The notes below the pieces were generated by a model. The model saw only the letters and a list, made by a program, of their open reading frames with translations, did not search any database and was not told the origin of the DNA. From the NCBI GenBank assembly GCA_030704615.1, contig CM060733.1, positions 60,264,001 through 60,328,000 of the forward strand: DNA of 64,000 nt, given 5' to 3'. The DNA comes from Takakia lepidozioides (taxonomy: Eukaryota; Plantae; Bryophyta). Positions 26,301 through 37,800 of the stretch are shown piece by piece (position 1 is the stretch's first letter; each line of letters starts with the position of its first letter). A program made the position numbers and the translations under genes.

Positions 26301-29300
26301 ATGTATCAGTTCGAAACTATGCCTTTTGGATTATGCAATGCTACTGCCGCCTTTCAGATGCTCATGGATGTTGTGCTTGGCAATCTTCGTTGGGAGTGTG
26401 CCTTAGTTTACATAGATGATATCAATATTTATTCCATTACCTTTGATGCTCACATGTTGGATTTACAACGGGATGGTGTGCAGACTTCGAGCTGCAGGCC
26501 TAAAAGTCAAAGCCAAGGAATGTGACTTCTGTATGGAATAGCTACACTTCCTTGGGCACCTGCTTTCTGCTGCTGGCATTAGGCCTGATCCTCGTAAAAT
26601 TCAAGTTGTTTGGGATTATCCTACTCCTAAGGATAAGACCCGTGTCAAGGCTTTTCTGGGTCTGGGTTCATATTATCATCGTTTCATCTTTCAGTTTGCC
26701 AAGCTTGCTGCATCCATTGCACCCATGACTCGGCAGCACATTTGCTGACGTGGCTTTCACAAAAAGAGGTAAACAAAATGTGGCCTTGGGGGAATAGATA
26801 TTTTAATACGTGCTGCCTCCGCCTGGCAGAGACAAGGATGCAAGTACTGCGTCGGACATGGCGGGACGTGGGAATGGAAATCCTGACACGGCAAGGCCTT
26901 CGTATATTGTGAGCGTACGTAGTGGCTTCTCAAAACGGTGTGACATCGGGGTCTTGGTCATTCATCATTTACAGAATGTGCTGGATGGAGGCACGATGGA
27001 GCGCGCATACGGGCATGCCCTTCTGGCATCAATTCCCAAGTATCCACGCAAGGTGAGGCTGCTGCCCCACTTACTCGCTTGTTGTCCAAGGATGCGCACG
27101 CGCTTTGTATGGTGAGAAACTCAAGATTACTTTGACTTCGGCCCCTGTTCTTGCCTACCCTGATATTACCTTACCTTTCTTTTTACAAACTGACGCTAGT
27201 GACTTAGTTATCTCTGTAGTGCTTAGTCAAAATTCAAGATGGGAGGAACATGCGATTGTCTATGCCTCGCGCCGTCTTGACAAACATGAACGAAACTACT
27301 CTATCACAGACAATGAGGGCCTAGCCGTTATCTTTGGTGTTAAATATTTTAGGCGATATCTTCATGGTTGCCACTTCACCATTGAGACAGATCATCTGCC
27401 TTTGAAAGCCTTGTTTACTCCTCGCGAACTAACTGGACGTTTGGCTAGATGAGCTCTGATTTTATAGGGTTATGATTTTCAGATCTCTTACAAGCGAGGC
27501 AAAGATAATGTTAATGCTAATGCATTGACTCGTGGGGAAACTAAACCATGCCCCTTACACTACTCTGGATGATCTTATTCCTGTTCTTTCTTCCCCTTCT
27601 GTCGCTGCACCTGTCATTGATCCTTATGCATTATGTCATATGCTGGATTTCCCTCATGTTCCTCTAGATCTACTAGATTCTTGGGATCTAGTTCAATTTG
27701 ATGTCCCTTAAATTTCCTGCTTGGTACTTGGCATTGCTAGTAGGTTGGCAATCTGTAGCCTAGAACAGATTTGACCCTACCTTTTCCATGATCATGTTTC
27801 TCTTGCTCCCTAGCCCGTCTTATTGCCGACCAAGGGACTGAGTTGCACTTCATAGCCTGCTTGCTTCCTCATAGGCAGCCAACTGAAAATTGAAGTCAGG
27901 ACCCATGAGAGGAAGATCACGAGGGCTGCCACTTTCTTCTCACCTGCACTAACTTGCTAATTGTGTGGCCATGAGTGTTGTAGGCATGGATGAACCTCTT
28001 TGGCATATCCAGGCTCCTCATGAGGCAAGTGAACTATCACTTACCCACCCACCGGGAAAGTGAAGGGAGGTTGTTCAGAGTGAATGCATTGGAAGATGAT
28101 CTTGCTGTGGAAGTTCCTCCTAGGTCCGCTGTCCCTGCCTTGCTAGAATTGTACCATGCTTCTACTTATGCTGGTCATTTACAGGTTACCAAGACTATGA
28201 AAAGGCTCCAAGAACAGTATCACTGGAAAGATTTAGTTAAGGACGTTTCAGCTTTCATTGCAAGGTGTGTACCCTGTCATGCCAAAACCATCTTGCCTAG
28301 GACCGAAGCACCACTCCCTTTGCAGCCTATCCCGGTTACTGAACCCTTTGCCCGGGTGGGCTTAGATCTTGTTGGACCCCTCAAACCTACGTCTAAGGGC
28401 CATGCATACCTTGCTGTTGCTACGGATTACCTGACTAAATGGGTTGAGCTCTGACCCCTGGTCGCTAAGGACAGTAATGAGGTGGTACAATTCTTCTTTG
28501 ATAAGGTGATTCTCCGCCATGGTTACCCTCTTGAGATCCTCACGGATTAAGGTACAGAATTCTGCAACCAGCTTATGGAGATTATATTATTCAATCTAAA
28601 CACTAAAATCGTGACTGCGCCTTATAACCCCCAGTGCAATGGCTTGACTGAGCGTTTTAACAAGACAATGTGCCAGATGCTAGAGAAAAATGGGTCACTC
28701 ATAGATGAATTGGACATTGTTGTGCCTATCCTGATGTTTGCCTATCGAACCTCTATTCATGCCAGTACCAAACTTTCTCCTTTTGAACTTTTGTATGGTC
28801 GAAAATGTAGAACTCCTTTGCATATCTCCTGGCTGTAGGTATCCGCAACTGAGCCTGAGAATTGAGAAGTCTTTTTGCTTTCCATGGATGCTAGACGACG
28901 TAGTTTGCGTGAAACAACAAAATCTAACATTGTGTTTACCCAAGCTGCTCAGGCCAAGAATTACAACAGACGTGTTGTGTATTCTGAGTCATTCAACGTA
29001 GGTCAGTCTGTTTATGTCAGGCTCCAGCCTGATAAGACGTAGAATTGATGGCCCTTACCTTATTTCTGATATTCTTCCTAGCAGGCAATATGTCTTGCTC
29101 CCCCAACATGCTTCTACTTCTCACTTTGCTAGCTCCATTCATGTCTCATTGCTTGTTCCATGCACTCTTACTTTTGATCTAACCTGTTTGAATGTTGAGA
29201 ACCGTCAGGTGATCTTCACCTCCACAGCTCGGACAGCTCGTAATCAGGCCATGGCATCTTCTTCCTTAGAGTAGTTTTTGACTTTCGTGACAGTTTTCTG

Positions 29301-30559
29301 CACCAATTGTAGCACTTGGGGTTTTTCCTATGGGATGTTTTGTCCTCCACCAAGCTTGCAGGGTTTTTCTTCCCTAGGTTTTTTCATCCTTTGTGTGCCG
29401 GGTGTGTAGTTTGTTTTGGCTAGGCTTCGTTTTTTCCTGAGCTCATCACTCGATGGAGCTCGCAATTTCTAGTGGCCCCAACAGACTTCACATATGTGGA
29501 GCTGGGATTCCTTCTCACCTTCTTTTTCGACTTGGATGAATGGAGGAAGGATGCGCTCCGGATGATTTAGGGATGGACGGAACCAAGATGAAGTCTGGCT
29601 GAACTTACGCCTTGCGCATAAGGATGAGCTGGCGACTTTATTAGGTGCTGTCTTATTCTAACATCTAGTTTAGGATTAGATTAGGATGGATCTGGGTAAT
29701 CTAGCTTCTTTCTATGGCTATGCTGGAAGGGCACATGGCTGGCCTATATGTAAGTGCCACGCGGTACTAGGATTAGATTGTGACCTAATATTATTTAAGC
29801 CTCACTGCCGTGGGAGTGAGGGTGGTGGCTTTTGGGGTCTTACGCGAGTGTACGCTTGGTGTAACGGGGTGCTTGAGTGTGTTGATGAATGCGTTATGGA
29901 TGTTCGACTCTGTTGCGTCCTCTTCGTGAGATTCCGTCTTCTCTGCCAGGCCCATCTTTCGACTACATCCCCCCCTGATAGGATTAAGTCCGGTAGAGGA
30001 AGGGGAACAAACCCATAGCGCCGGAATCAGACTTCACATAAGTCTGTGCACAATCTAGACTACTCACATCATATTTATCTTTGCAAGTCTATGGTTTTCC
30101 ATGACCAACCAAGAATCTCGGCAAATGATGCCCAACAGATTGCATCAAAGTGCAGTATGTTAGAGCTGCCTAGTTATAGGGATGCTTAAGCATACGTTGC
30201 ATTTCTCTTCACCCTTAAATACACAATCCCGGCATTGATTACAATACCCTTGGACTTCTTTGTGTTTGGTCCCGGGTTAAGACCTCAATGCACTCGTTAC
30301 ATATGCAACGCTCAAAAAAAGGATGGGGATTGAAAAACAGAAAAGAGAGACTGGACGAGGCAGAGAAATGAGCGCACCGTTTTTCCTTTGGATCTTCGTA
30401 CATGGGGTCCAACTTCTGAATGGGGGTAGGGTACCACCCCAAAATCTTCTCCCCGGTAAGCTTCGCTCGCAAAATCTTATGCCCCGATCGCATCCCATTT
30501 CCGATGACATTACCGAAGAGGCGCGCCGCTGCCTCTGCAATGCCCCTGGTCGCGTTCAT
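20388..30559 (-). CDS. MRPS33: Mitochondrial small-subunit ribosomal protein mS33 family (MRPS33/yeast Rsm27-like), 90 aa; exons 30378-30559 and 20388-20478
   Basis: Exon 1 MNATRGIAEAAARLFGNVIGNGMRSGHKILRAKLTGEKILGWYP..DPKEK ends CG|gtgcgc. Exon 2 begins ggcag|A CGT and reads RLVKLERLKWRGKGPPKKGHRKRAAKRSK*. Phases match and the RGKGPPKKG C-terminal motif is present. Confidence 0.88.
21854..22378 (+). repeat. 5' LTR (525 bp)
   Basis: Direct repeat of 29506-30029; about 20 substitutions and 1 indel by eye (~96% identical); ends GGAATCA. Confidence 0.95.
22379..22396 (+). promoter_or_regulatory. Primer binding site complementary to the 3' end of tRNA-Ala
   Basis: TGGTGGAGATGCGGGGTA directly after the LTR-terminal CA is the reverse complement of TACCCCGCATCTCCACCA, the 3' end of plant cytosolic tRNA-Ala as I recall it. 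Confidence 0.85.
22722..23512 (+). pseudogene. Extra ORF upstream of gag (unknown function; apparently one frameshift)
   Basis: Overlapping ORFs 22722-23039 and 22853-23512 give ~260 aa of ordinary-complexity protein between the PBS and gag. Confidence 0.5.
23700..24723 (+). pseudogene. gag: gag (degenerate) with CCHC zinc knuckle
   Basis: EDFEFFLEFFE..CLKGKAMQLFE, FIKGLPP and CMVCKSKEHYTRFC; in-frame stop at 24031-24033. Confidence 0.8.
24699..29150 (+). pseudogene. pol: pol (protease, dUTPase, RT, RNase H, integrase) with multiple stops and frameshifts
   Basis: VIDTGC; GVIDKGFKGEV; WASPIVLVGKKGGSTRFCVDFR; MPFGLCNA; VYIDDI; LQTDASD; ETDHLPL; HASTYAGH..CVPC; GLDLVGP; CNGLTERFNKT. Confidence 0.9.
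26712..27059. other. ~348-bp foreign insertion interrupting the RT-RNaseH connection, flanked by TGCTGC duplication
   Basis: Removing the insert and one repeat (26706-26711 / 27060-27065) restores FAKLAAPLTRLLSKD. Confidence 0.7.
29506..30029 (+). repeat. 3' LTR (524 bp)
   Basis: Direct repeat of 21854-22378. Confidence 0.95.
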
Positions 30560-31958
30560 CTCCACCCAACCCACTTGCCTCCCTCTCCTCTCTTCTCCTC
30601 TTCACCACTCTTCCACCAACTCGGATTTACCTCAATCCTTCTCCTCCATAACTCTCTCTCTCTCTCCCCACAAGCCTCTAGGGCTAGAGATCTTCAAGGA
30701 AACGTTCCCATGATGTGAACATGTTCCCTACAACTTCAACTACAAATGGCAGATCGATCAGGAAGAGCATCAGCTGCGCGAGCTTGCCTTCTGATTTCCG
30801 AGAAATCTGAAAAGAGTACATCGGAAGAGCCTGCTGTCTGCCGCAACGGGATTTCCTACCGAATCTCACAAACAATACCAGCTTACAAAACTCTCTCTAG
30901 TACTCACCTACTAGATCTCCACAAGTAGATCAGATGATTTTGAGACTGAGAAATGTAGCGATGGCCATGAAATGCACAACCGTGATAAAGCCCCCGGATC
31001 ATCGCCAAGACCCACTATCTGTCCAGCCCTCTTCGTACTACTAGTCGTCTGAAGAAATTAATTTGCTGAAATAGCGTTCTCATACTGCTCTGATCCCATC
31101 AAAGAGCTGTTCGAAAGCTGTTCAATCTGTTGCCACAAGAAGAGATCCATCGTGTAAAAAATGTTTCTATATGTAGTGTACAAGTTGAGCTGATTGTATT
31201 GCATCATCTTCACAGCCCTATTATGTTTCAAATTCACACCATCGGCCAACAGCAGAACTGAACCAACGGAACGAATTACTCTTAGAGCTTTTTCACCAGT
31301 ATATACAGATTAGACTAGCTACCGAGCAACTGTTTGTGTTTCAAACACTCTTTAGACAAAGTGTTGGAGATGCATTGCACTTGGGTAGTGCATGTGAAGG
31401 TATAGAACCACATCGTCCACTCAGAATCCCAGAAGCAGTTCTCTCGATCGGAGATTGAACACAGCGAAATCGACAGACAAGGCAGCTGAAAGCGTATATA
31501 CGAGTATCTGAGTAGGCACGTGGAGACTGGAGAGTGAAGACCTACGCTCGTAACCGTCCTGGGCATTCAGAGCACGACCGATTTCAACGCGGAATCTGTT
31601 GAGCAGAGAGGCCATCTTGGCTCGGACCACTCTGTCTTATACTGTTGGTAACGTCCAGGTGGAGGCGGTGTTGTGGGAGGAGCAAGCACCAATCGGGGCT
31701 GCAGATCTGTACAGGATTTGGGTTTGTATGGTGAGAGAGGCAAGGAGGAAGGCGGGAGGATGTAGGATGGAGGAGGAGGACGAATCCAAGCTGTTGGGGT
31801 GCTCCTGCCATTGTGCGTGCTGTTGTTTGCTGCTGGTGCCGAATTCAGTAGGTGGGGTAGTGTAATTGTGGTGTTTTTCTCTGTGTTGAAGGTTAGAAGA
31901 AGGGGTGTTGCGTGAAGCTCAGTGGCCCAAGTTGTGAACAAGGGGGAGGGCAGCTACC

Positions 31959-34145
31959 ATGGCAGCAGCTGCGTCCTTGCTGGTACTCGTATGCATAGGG
32001 GCGGCAGTGCTGCCTTTAGTAGCGGAATCACCCGTTTATGAGGCGGTTGCGAAGCAGGGCTTCAATGCATCCATTTCTCTTGGTCGTCCGTCTGGTCGTA
32101 GGGAGACACTGAACAGCACTCAGAGTATGCGCCTCTTTCTTGAAGAAACACAGTGGAGCAACGATCTGGTGCTGGGCCCATGGGTGCCCTCAGGACTGAG
32201 AAAGAATATTCCGCACTTTCTTCAGACGTGGCTGCGGAACTACGTAGCAGGTGTAGTGGTGTACTTTGTGTCAGGCGGATTTTGGTGCCTCTATGTGTAT
32301 CAATGGAAAGGGCGTGTCTTCTTTCCCGCAGGTTAGTACCCTGAAATGATGGCAGCACTACAAGATTCACATGCAATCTCTGTTCTCTGGTCCTTGGGTT
32401 TGACAGTCTCTGTTCCTATTGCACTATTGCGATGTAGTTCAATCTTGCTTGTAAATGCCAGGTTCTGTTAGTGCTCACATGATTGCCAAAGGTGGGCGGG
32501 GAAGGGCGGCCAGCCAAGTAGCTACTGTATGACCAGAGCAATGTGGACCAATTCAACAATATTTTCTCCAAGTTCTCATTGTGTGATATGTTGTCAGGCG
32601 GCATTCCAGGGAAAGAGCCAATTATGATGCAGATCCGAGTGTCGATGGAAGCAATGCCAATCTACACATTGCTGCCTACAGTATCGGAATACATGGTGGA
32701 GCAAGGATGGACGAGGTGTTTCGCACGGATAGAGGCAGTGGGCTGGCCATCTTACCTCGGCTTTGTGGTGACCTATCTTGCTGTGGTGGAGTTTGGCATC
32801 TACTGGATGCACCGGGAGCTGCATGACATCAAACCTCTCTATAAGCACCTTCATGCCACGCACCATATCTACAACAAGCAAGACACACTGTCGCCCTTTG
32901 CAGGTCTATCTCTCTCTGCCTACAGTGTTACTGACTAGTGACCAACAGCCATGTGCATGACAGGATGAACAGCGTGTTTCTTTGTTAGACAAGGGTAGTA
33001 TGGAGCACCTTTCCCACAGGGCGAAGAACTGGGAAATGTGGGTCACGGACGGTTTATTTAGATTGGTATGAGGACTGCCCCACAGCTCACAGGCACTGTC
33101 CTCCTCCCTTATCACCCAAAAAAAAATGACCGTCATAATTGATCTGATTAAGGGTTGTCAAGATAGGGCAATCTCTTGGTGATTGGAACCCAGCATCACC
33201 TCAGTAGCGCCTGAAATTCCAACCACTGAGCTATCTGCTGGAAGCTTATGAGCATCAAGTCCATAGTTTTCTGTGAGCTGCATTTGGGGTCCAAATCAAA
33301 ACTGTTCAATCAGCCCTGAAATTTGCAAGTTGAGTCTTTGCAAGGGCTATTTCGATTATATCCATACGCTGCTCCGACATTCATCCCAGCTGTAGCCACT
33401 AGAATCACTGAGCCCCACATGTTGCAACTCTTGCCTGGCAGCCTGACGATATCCGTGAATCATCTAATTTGTGGAATAACACTGATATTTTATCATGCGC
33501 ATTTGGAGCCTGGACCTGCTGTGATTACCCTCAATAATCTGTTTGTTGCACTGGCCAGCCCACCTGCGATATGGGAGTTAGAAGTGTGCTCACAGAAGGG
33601 TTCCAATCATACGAACAAAGCTGTGGCAGTTGTAGGTGTAGAGCTGGGTGACAAGTAATGTTTTGCATTTGATGAGATTATTTGTCACACAACTGCTCAG
33701 CAATCTTTGGGAGGGATAAATATGTGCAAACATCCATTCCCTGTCACTCGATATGCAACTAGGCCAGATAGTAGTTTTCTTCCCGCTTCATGGAGCTATT
33801 GAAGGATCAAAGCTTTCATAACTAGGGAAAGTAGGGGTTGCAGGTTTGGCATTTCATCCGCTTGATGGAGTCCTCCAGGCACTTCCGCATGTTGTGGCAC
33901 TTTTTGTGGTGCCAATGCATTTTTTCACGCATGAGCTGCTGTTGTTTCTGGAGGGTGTGTGGACAACAAACATTCATGACTCCATCGATGGTAGGGTGTG
34001 GGGTGTGATGGGCGCTGGCTTCCACACTATCCATCACATCACGTACCGCCACAATTATGGTCACTACACTATTCTCATGGACTGGCTCTTTGGTACACTC
34101 CGGGAGCCTTATGATCGGAAAGTCGAACAATTGAAATCTTCGTAA
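31959..34145 (+). CDS. DWF7: Delta7-sterol C5(6)-desaturase; exons 31959-32331, 32598-32903, 33844-34145
   Basis: FLQTWLRNY, His boxes HRELH, HATHH and HTIHH, TLSPFAG|[24 protein letters not shown]; GT..AG introns in phase 1. Confidence 0.95.
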
Positions 34146-35261
34146 ATTAGGGTGCTAAGTTGCTCATCTTACAAAAACTGTATTTTTTGGAGTTCTTCAA
34201 GCCAATAATTTAGTGCAGTTGCATCAAAGGGTTGATGGACACGAGACAGATGAGAAGGTGGCGATCCCGTCGAACCATGCAATTTGACATGTCTCTGTAA
34301 CATATTCCAGTGAAGTGTGCTGGTCAACTTCAGATCTGTGTACATGTGGCCCATTGGTTGTATCGATCCTGAGTGAATTTGTAGTGACAGGTGATTCACA
34401 GTGAACTGTTTGCCAGTTTGCCTGTTGAGGCTAGATGTTGTTACAGTGAACTGTTGCGAGAGCATGTGTGCTGTAGTAATGCGGCTCAGAAAGAAGTGCC
34501 ATCTCGAGAAATTTAGCTAAGGTAGAACTCTTCATAGGAAATCTGGTGGCATCAGGGTCTCAGTGAATTTGTGTTTCATGGGATAGGAGGTCCTTCAGAC
34601 ATAGCTGTAAGGTGAATGATTGGTCCTGTAATTCTGCACTTCCATCCCACACCCAGCAGACTCACTCAGAAAACTGGTACCAATCATTAGGAAATTTGAA
34701 GAGATTGCATAGGGCACAACTTGGGGGGAGAGGGGCTAGTGTACTGTAGGAAAGCAGAAGGTCTGGAGATGGACATGATTCATCCAGGCAGTGCAGTTGA
34801 AATCTGGGAATGGTGGGAAATGGTGTCTTGTGGGAAATTCAAAGGCAGATCAGAGCAGACAATCCTTCCCACAACCAACTCAAGAACAGGTTCAACTCCT
34901 TTGATATGAAATCAAGTATCCCCAAAACCTCCAGACGTAAAGCTCCCATCATATACATACCGCCATTCCTTGTGGGTGGCAGGTTTGTTGGGCTTCATCT
35001 GTCTCCTTTGATTCAAACAGCAAAAACTTCCAACCTTGACCTCCCCAAAGCTCAAGGGCAGTTTAGGTTTTCCTTAGGGCTGATGTCACCCGACGGAACG
35101 CAGGGGGGCCCTCCGAAAGAAAGGGTCAGCTCGGCCTGCAAGAAAACCTAAACCGCCCTTGAGCTTTGGGGGTCTGAAGTTTGCTGTCTTCGCTCTTTGC
35201 TTCTCTCCTCCTCAGGATTTCCCTCTGGTGTACATTCAGGGCGAAGGCCGGGTACGTAGAG

Positions 35262-35855
35262 ATGATGAATGAAGAGGATCATGGTTCACAAAATGGATCT
35301 GGGTTTGGAGATGAAGGGGTAAGCGGGCGTTTGTACAATCCTTACGCAGATTTGTATGGAGCAGCCGATCTCAAGTCCCTGGAAAGCGCGTATCGGCTAC
35401 CATCAGCCCCCGAGTACCTCTTCCCCGATGAAGCCGTGATCCAAAGACGGAATTGGAGTGAGAATCTGACGTACTACACAGGTTGTGGTTACCTAGGAGG
35501 AGCTGTGTTGGGGGGCGCAAAAGGTGCTGTTGACGGATTGCGGTCGAGAGAAGAGGGCGACACGATGAAGGTTCGCATCAACAGGGTGTTGAATGGTGGA
35601 GGCCATAGGGGCCGAACAACTGGGAACACATTGGGGATTCTCGGTCTCCTGTATGCTGGAATGGAGAGCACAGCCGGCCATGTTCGAGGAACAGATGATA
35701 TACTGAACAACGTAATTGCAGGGTTAGGGACTGGGGCGTTGTACAAGGCGGCCGCTGGTCCACGCACGGCTGCCATAGCTGGAGCACTTGGAGGAATCGC
35801 CGCGGCAGGCCTGGCCGCAGGGAAACAGCTCTCTCGGAGATACTTGGCCATCTAG
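35262..35855 (+). CDS. TIM23: Mitochondrial inner-membrane translocase subunit TIM23, intronless CDS
   Basis: RLYNPY..YRLPSAPEYLFPDEA..RRNWSENLTYYTGCGYL..KVRINRVLNGGGH..GNTLGILGLLYAG; first ATG at 35262. Confidence 0.95.
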   Translation: MMNEEDHGSQNGSGFGDEGVSGRLYNPYADLYGAADLKSLESAYRLPSAPEYLFPDEAVIQRRNWSENLTYYTGCGYLGGAVLGGAKGAVDGLRSREEGDTMKVRINRVLNGGGHRGRTTGNTLGILGLLYAGMESTAGHVRGTDDILNNVIAGLGTGALYKAAAGPRTAAIAGALGGIAAAGLAAGKQLSRRYLAI

Positions 35856-35910
35856 AGGGTACCGATGAGCACATTTCTTTCATTTGCAGGAGACTGTAGG
35901 GACTTAGATC

Positions 35911-35912
<2 letters not shown>

Positions 35913-35945
<33 letters not shown>
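35913..35945. repeat. (GA)n microsatellite downstream of TIM23
   Basis: Direct gagaga run. Confidence 0.9.
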
Positions 35946-35950
<5 letters not shown>

Positions 35951-37314
35951 CCTGCAGGATTGAACCCTGAACAATGTCTCCAGGAGGGTTTGTATACCAG
36001 ACGCCACTGACAAAAAGAATGAGGAGCCTTCTTGTGGGAACCATAGACCCATTTTCGGTAGCCTGGCTGCTCCATACGCGAGGGGTCTCTCATGGAGCAG
36101 CGAAGAACCACAAGGATGAGCAAATCTTCAGTCTGATCTTCGGTATGATATTTTGGGATGTGATCAAGCAGCTCATGTCAGAGAACTCCCTTCTCCATGT
36201 GTTCCTTAGCTTACTCGTTTGGGCCTTTGACTCTGGAGGCTGCGTGTGAACGATATTTGGGCTGCCCATTGGCGAGTTGGCATGGCTCCTGTTCCAACCA
36301 TCCTGAAAATTGGCTATGATGTGTTGAGAGTTTCCTTCTTTCATCTTGAGATATAATCTGCTAATGTTCTCTCCTTTCGTGGCTCCATTTATACTGGCCC
36401 GGAGCACTAGGGAAGCAACCCTTGACTTCTTCTCACTGTCTTCATACTTGAAGGGGATGCATTCTTTGGTGAATAAAGCTCTGTGTGAAGACTGTAGTTT
36501 ACACTGACTAATTGATCCTGTTGGCCACCTATGTATCTAATAAAAATTTTGTCTTCAAAATCAGCAATGAAAAAGTGTGGACGCTCTGCCTTTATGTGCT
36601 ACTTCAGCAAGATCTCACTCTCAAGCTACAAGGGTGGTTTATAGCTAGGTTGTAACGGCAGTTATATAATGGCCCATAATAAGGTATTCTACAGGATGAT
36701 GCTCTCATGGGTACATGTGTTCACAGGGTACAGTGAATGTGTTTTTTCTCTCTCATCTCCCTCTGTAGTGAAAATCCCACAATGGCCAACAACTGACTCC
36801 GGAATATGGTATCAATAATACAGAAGGTGGCAGTGTTTTACCATGGCTGCCCAGAGCTTGTAGGTATGTGCTGCTGCAGAAATGTGTCTGTAAAATGGTA
36901 AGTGCTACTGTGGCCTTAAGATATCAACAGCAGTGAAGAGAAACGCACCAAATTGTCCACCGCCTGTCCATAGGTAGCCTCTCTTGAGTCAGCTCTGCCA
37001 GGCAACACCAAAAGTTTTCTCATATCAATACCATCCAAGATTTCCTCAAAACTTCGTCAGTCAGCTGCATCACCAAAGGTCACAGAGGACTGGGAAGACC
37101 CCAGAGATAAGGCATGATGCTATGAATTAGCCTGATGACAAAAAAATTATACTGCCAAATTGGTGTTATTCCTATCTGTACCAGCTGATACATGCAACAT
37201 CCACTGATCTCCTCATTTAAAATCCATAGAGGGGTAGATGGCAAACAATTGGCATTCTATTTTCTAAGCTCCTCCCGGTTACCTTGAACAGCTGGCTTAG
37301 ATGCTGTTCGCCAT

Positions 37315-37800
37315 GAAGGAGGGATGAATAATTCCCCAGATAGCAACCTGGTGCCAAAAGCAAATCAATTTCAAACTAGACACCTCTTATATATGACCAT
37401 CTTTTCCCTTTCATTTTGTTTCAGCTTGCATGTCCTCTGGCCTCTTATATGCATAACATCTTAAGAAGAGTGAATTCAATAGTTGACACACTTGACAAGA
37501 AGTGGAAAAGTCATCTTCCACTCCAAGGGGCTCTGTATGGATCATGTGTCTTCTAGTCCCCATAATCGGACTGATCTGACATCTATGTGTAGGTGGTATT
37601 TCATTTTCGTATTTAAAAGGGGTTTCTGGTGTTTTTAAAATGGCTTAGTTGGCACACAATCTCAGACTACCTAGTCACATCATATTTATCTTTGCAAGCC
37701 TTCAACCATACATATTTTGCGATGACCAACCAAGAATCTCAGCATCTGATGCCCGACAGATTGCATCGAAGTGCAGTCTAGTTAGCTTAGTTAGGGATGG
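37315..37800 (+). repeat. Diverged second copy of the mS33 intron sequence flanking the Gypsy insertion (21520-21852 joined to 30040-30185)
   Basis: Shared blocks in the same order, e.g. aatcaatttcaaacta, gaagagtgaattcaa, ggatcatgtgtcttc, cacatcatatttatctttgcaag, atgaccaaccaagaatctc. Confidence 0.85.

Larger units (their letters stand above)
21854..30029 (+). mobile_element. Ty3/Gypsy LTR retrotransposon (two LTRs, decayed gag-pol with dUTPase), antisense within the mS33 intron
   Basis: Paired LTRs, PBS, and domain order gag(CCHC)-PR-dUTPase-RT(YIDD)-RNaseH(TDAS..TDH)-integrase(HHCC, D,D,E). Confidence 0.95.

Noticed and set aside
21854-30040. DIRS/Ngaro-type tyrosine-recombinase element suggested by the A..B-A-B repeat layout
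   Set aside because: The element has a DDE integrase and tRNA PBS, no tyrosine recombinase is visible, and B is only 13 bp.
35489-36123. Long minus-strand ORFs over TIM23
   Set aside because: Antisense shadows of a GC-rich CDS and a GA microsatellite.
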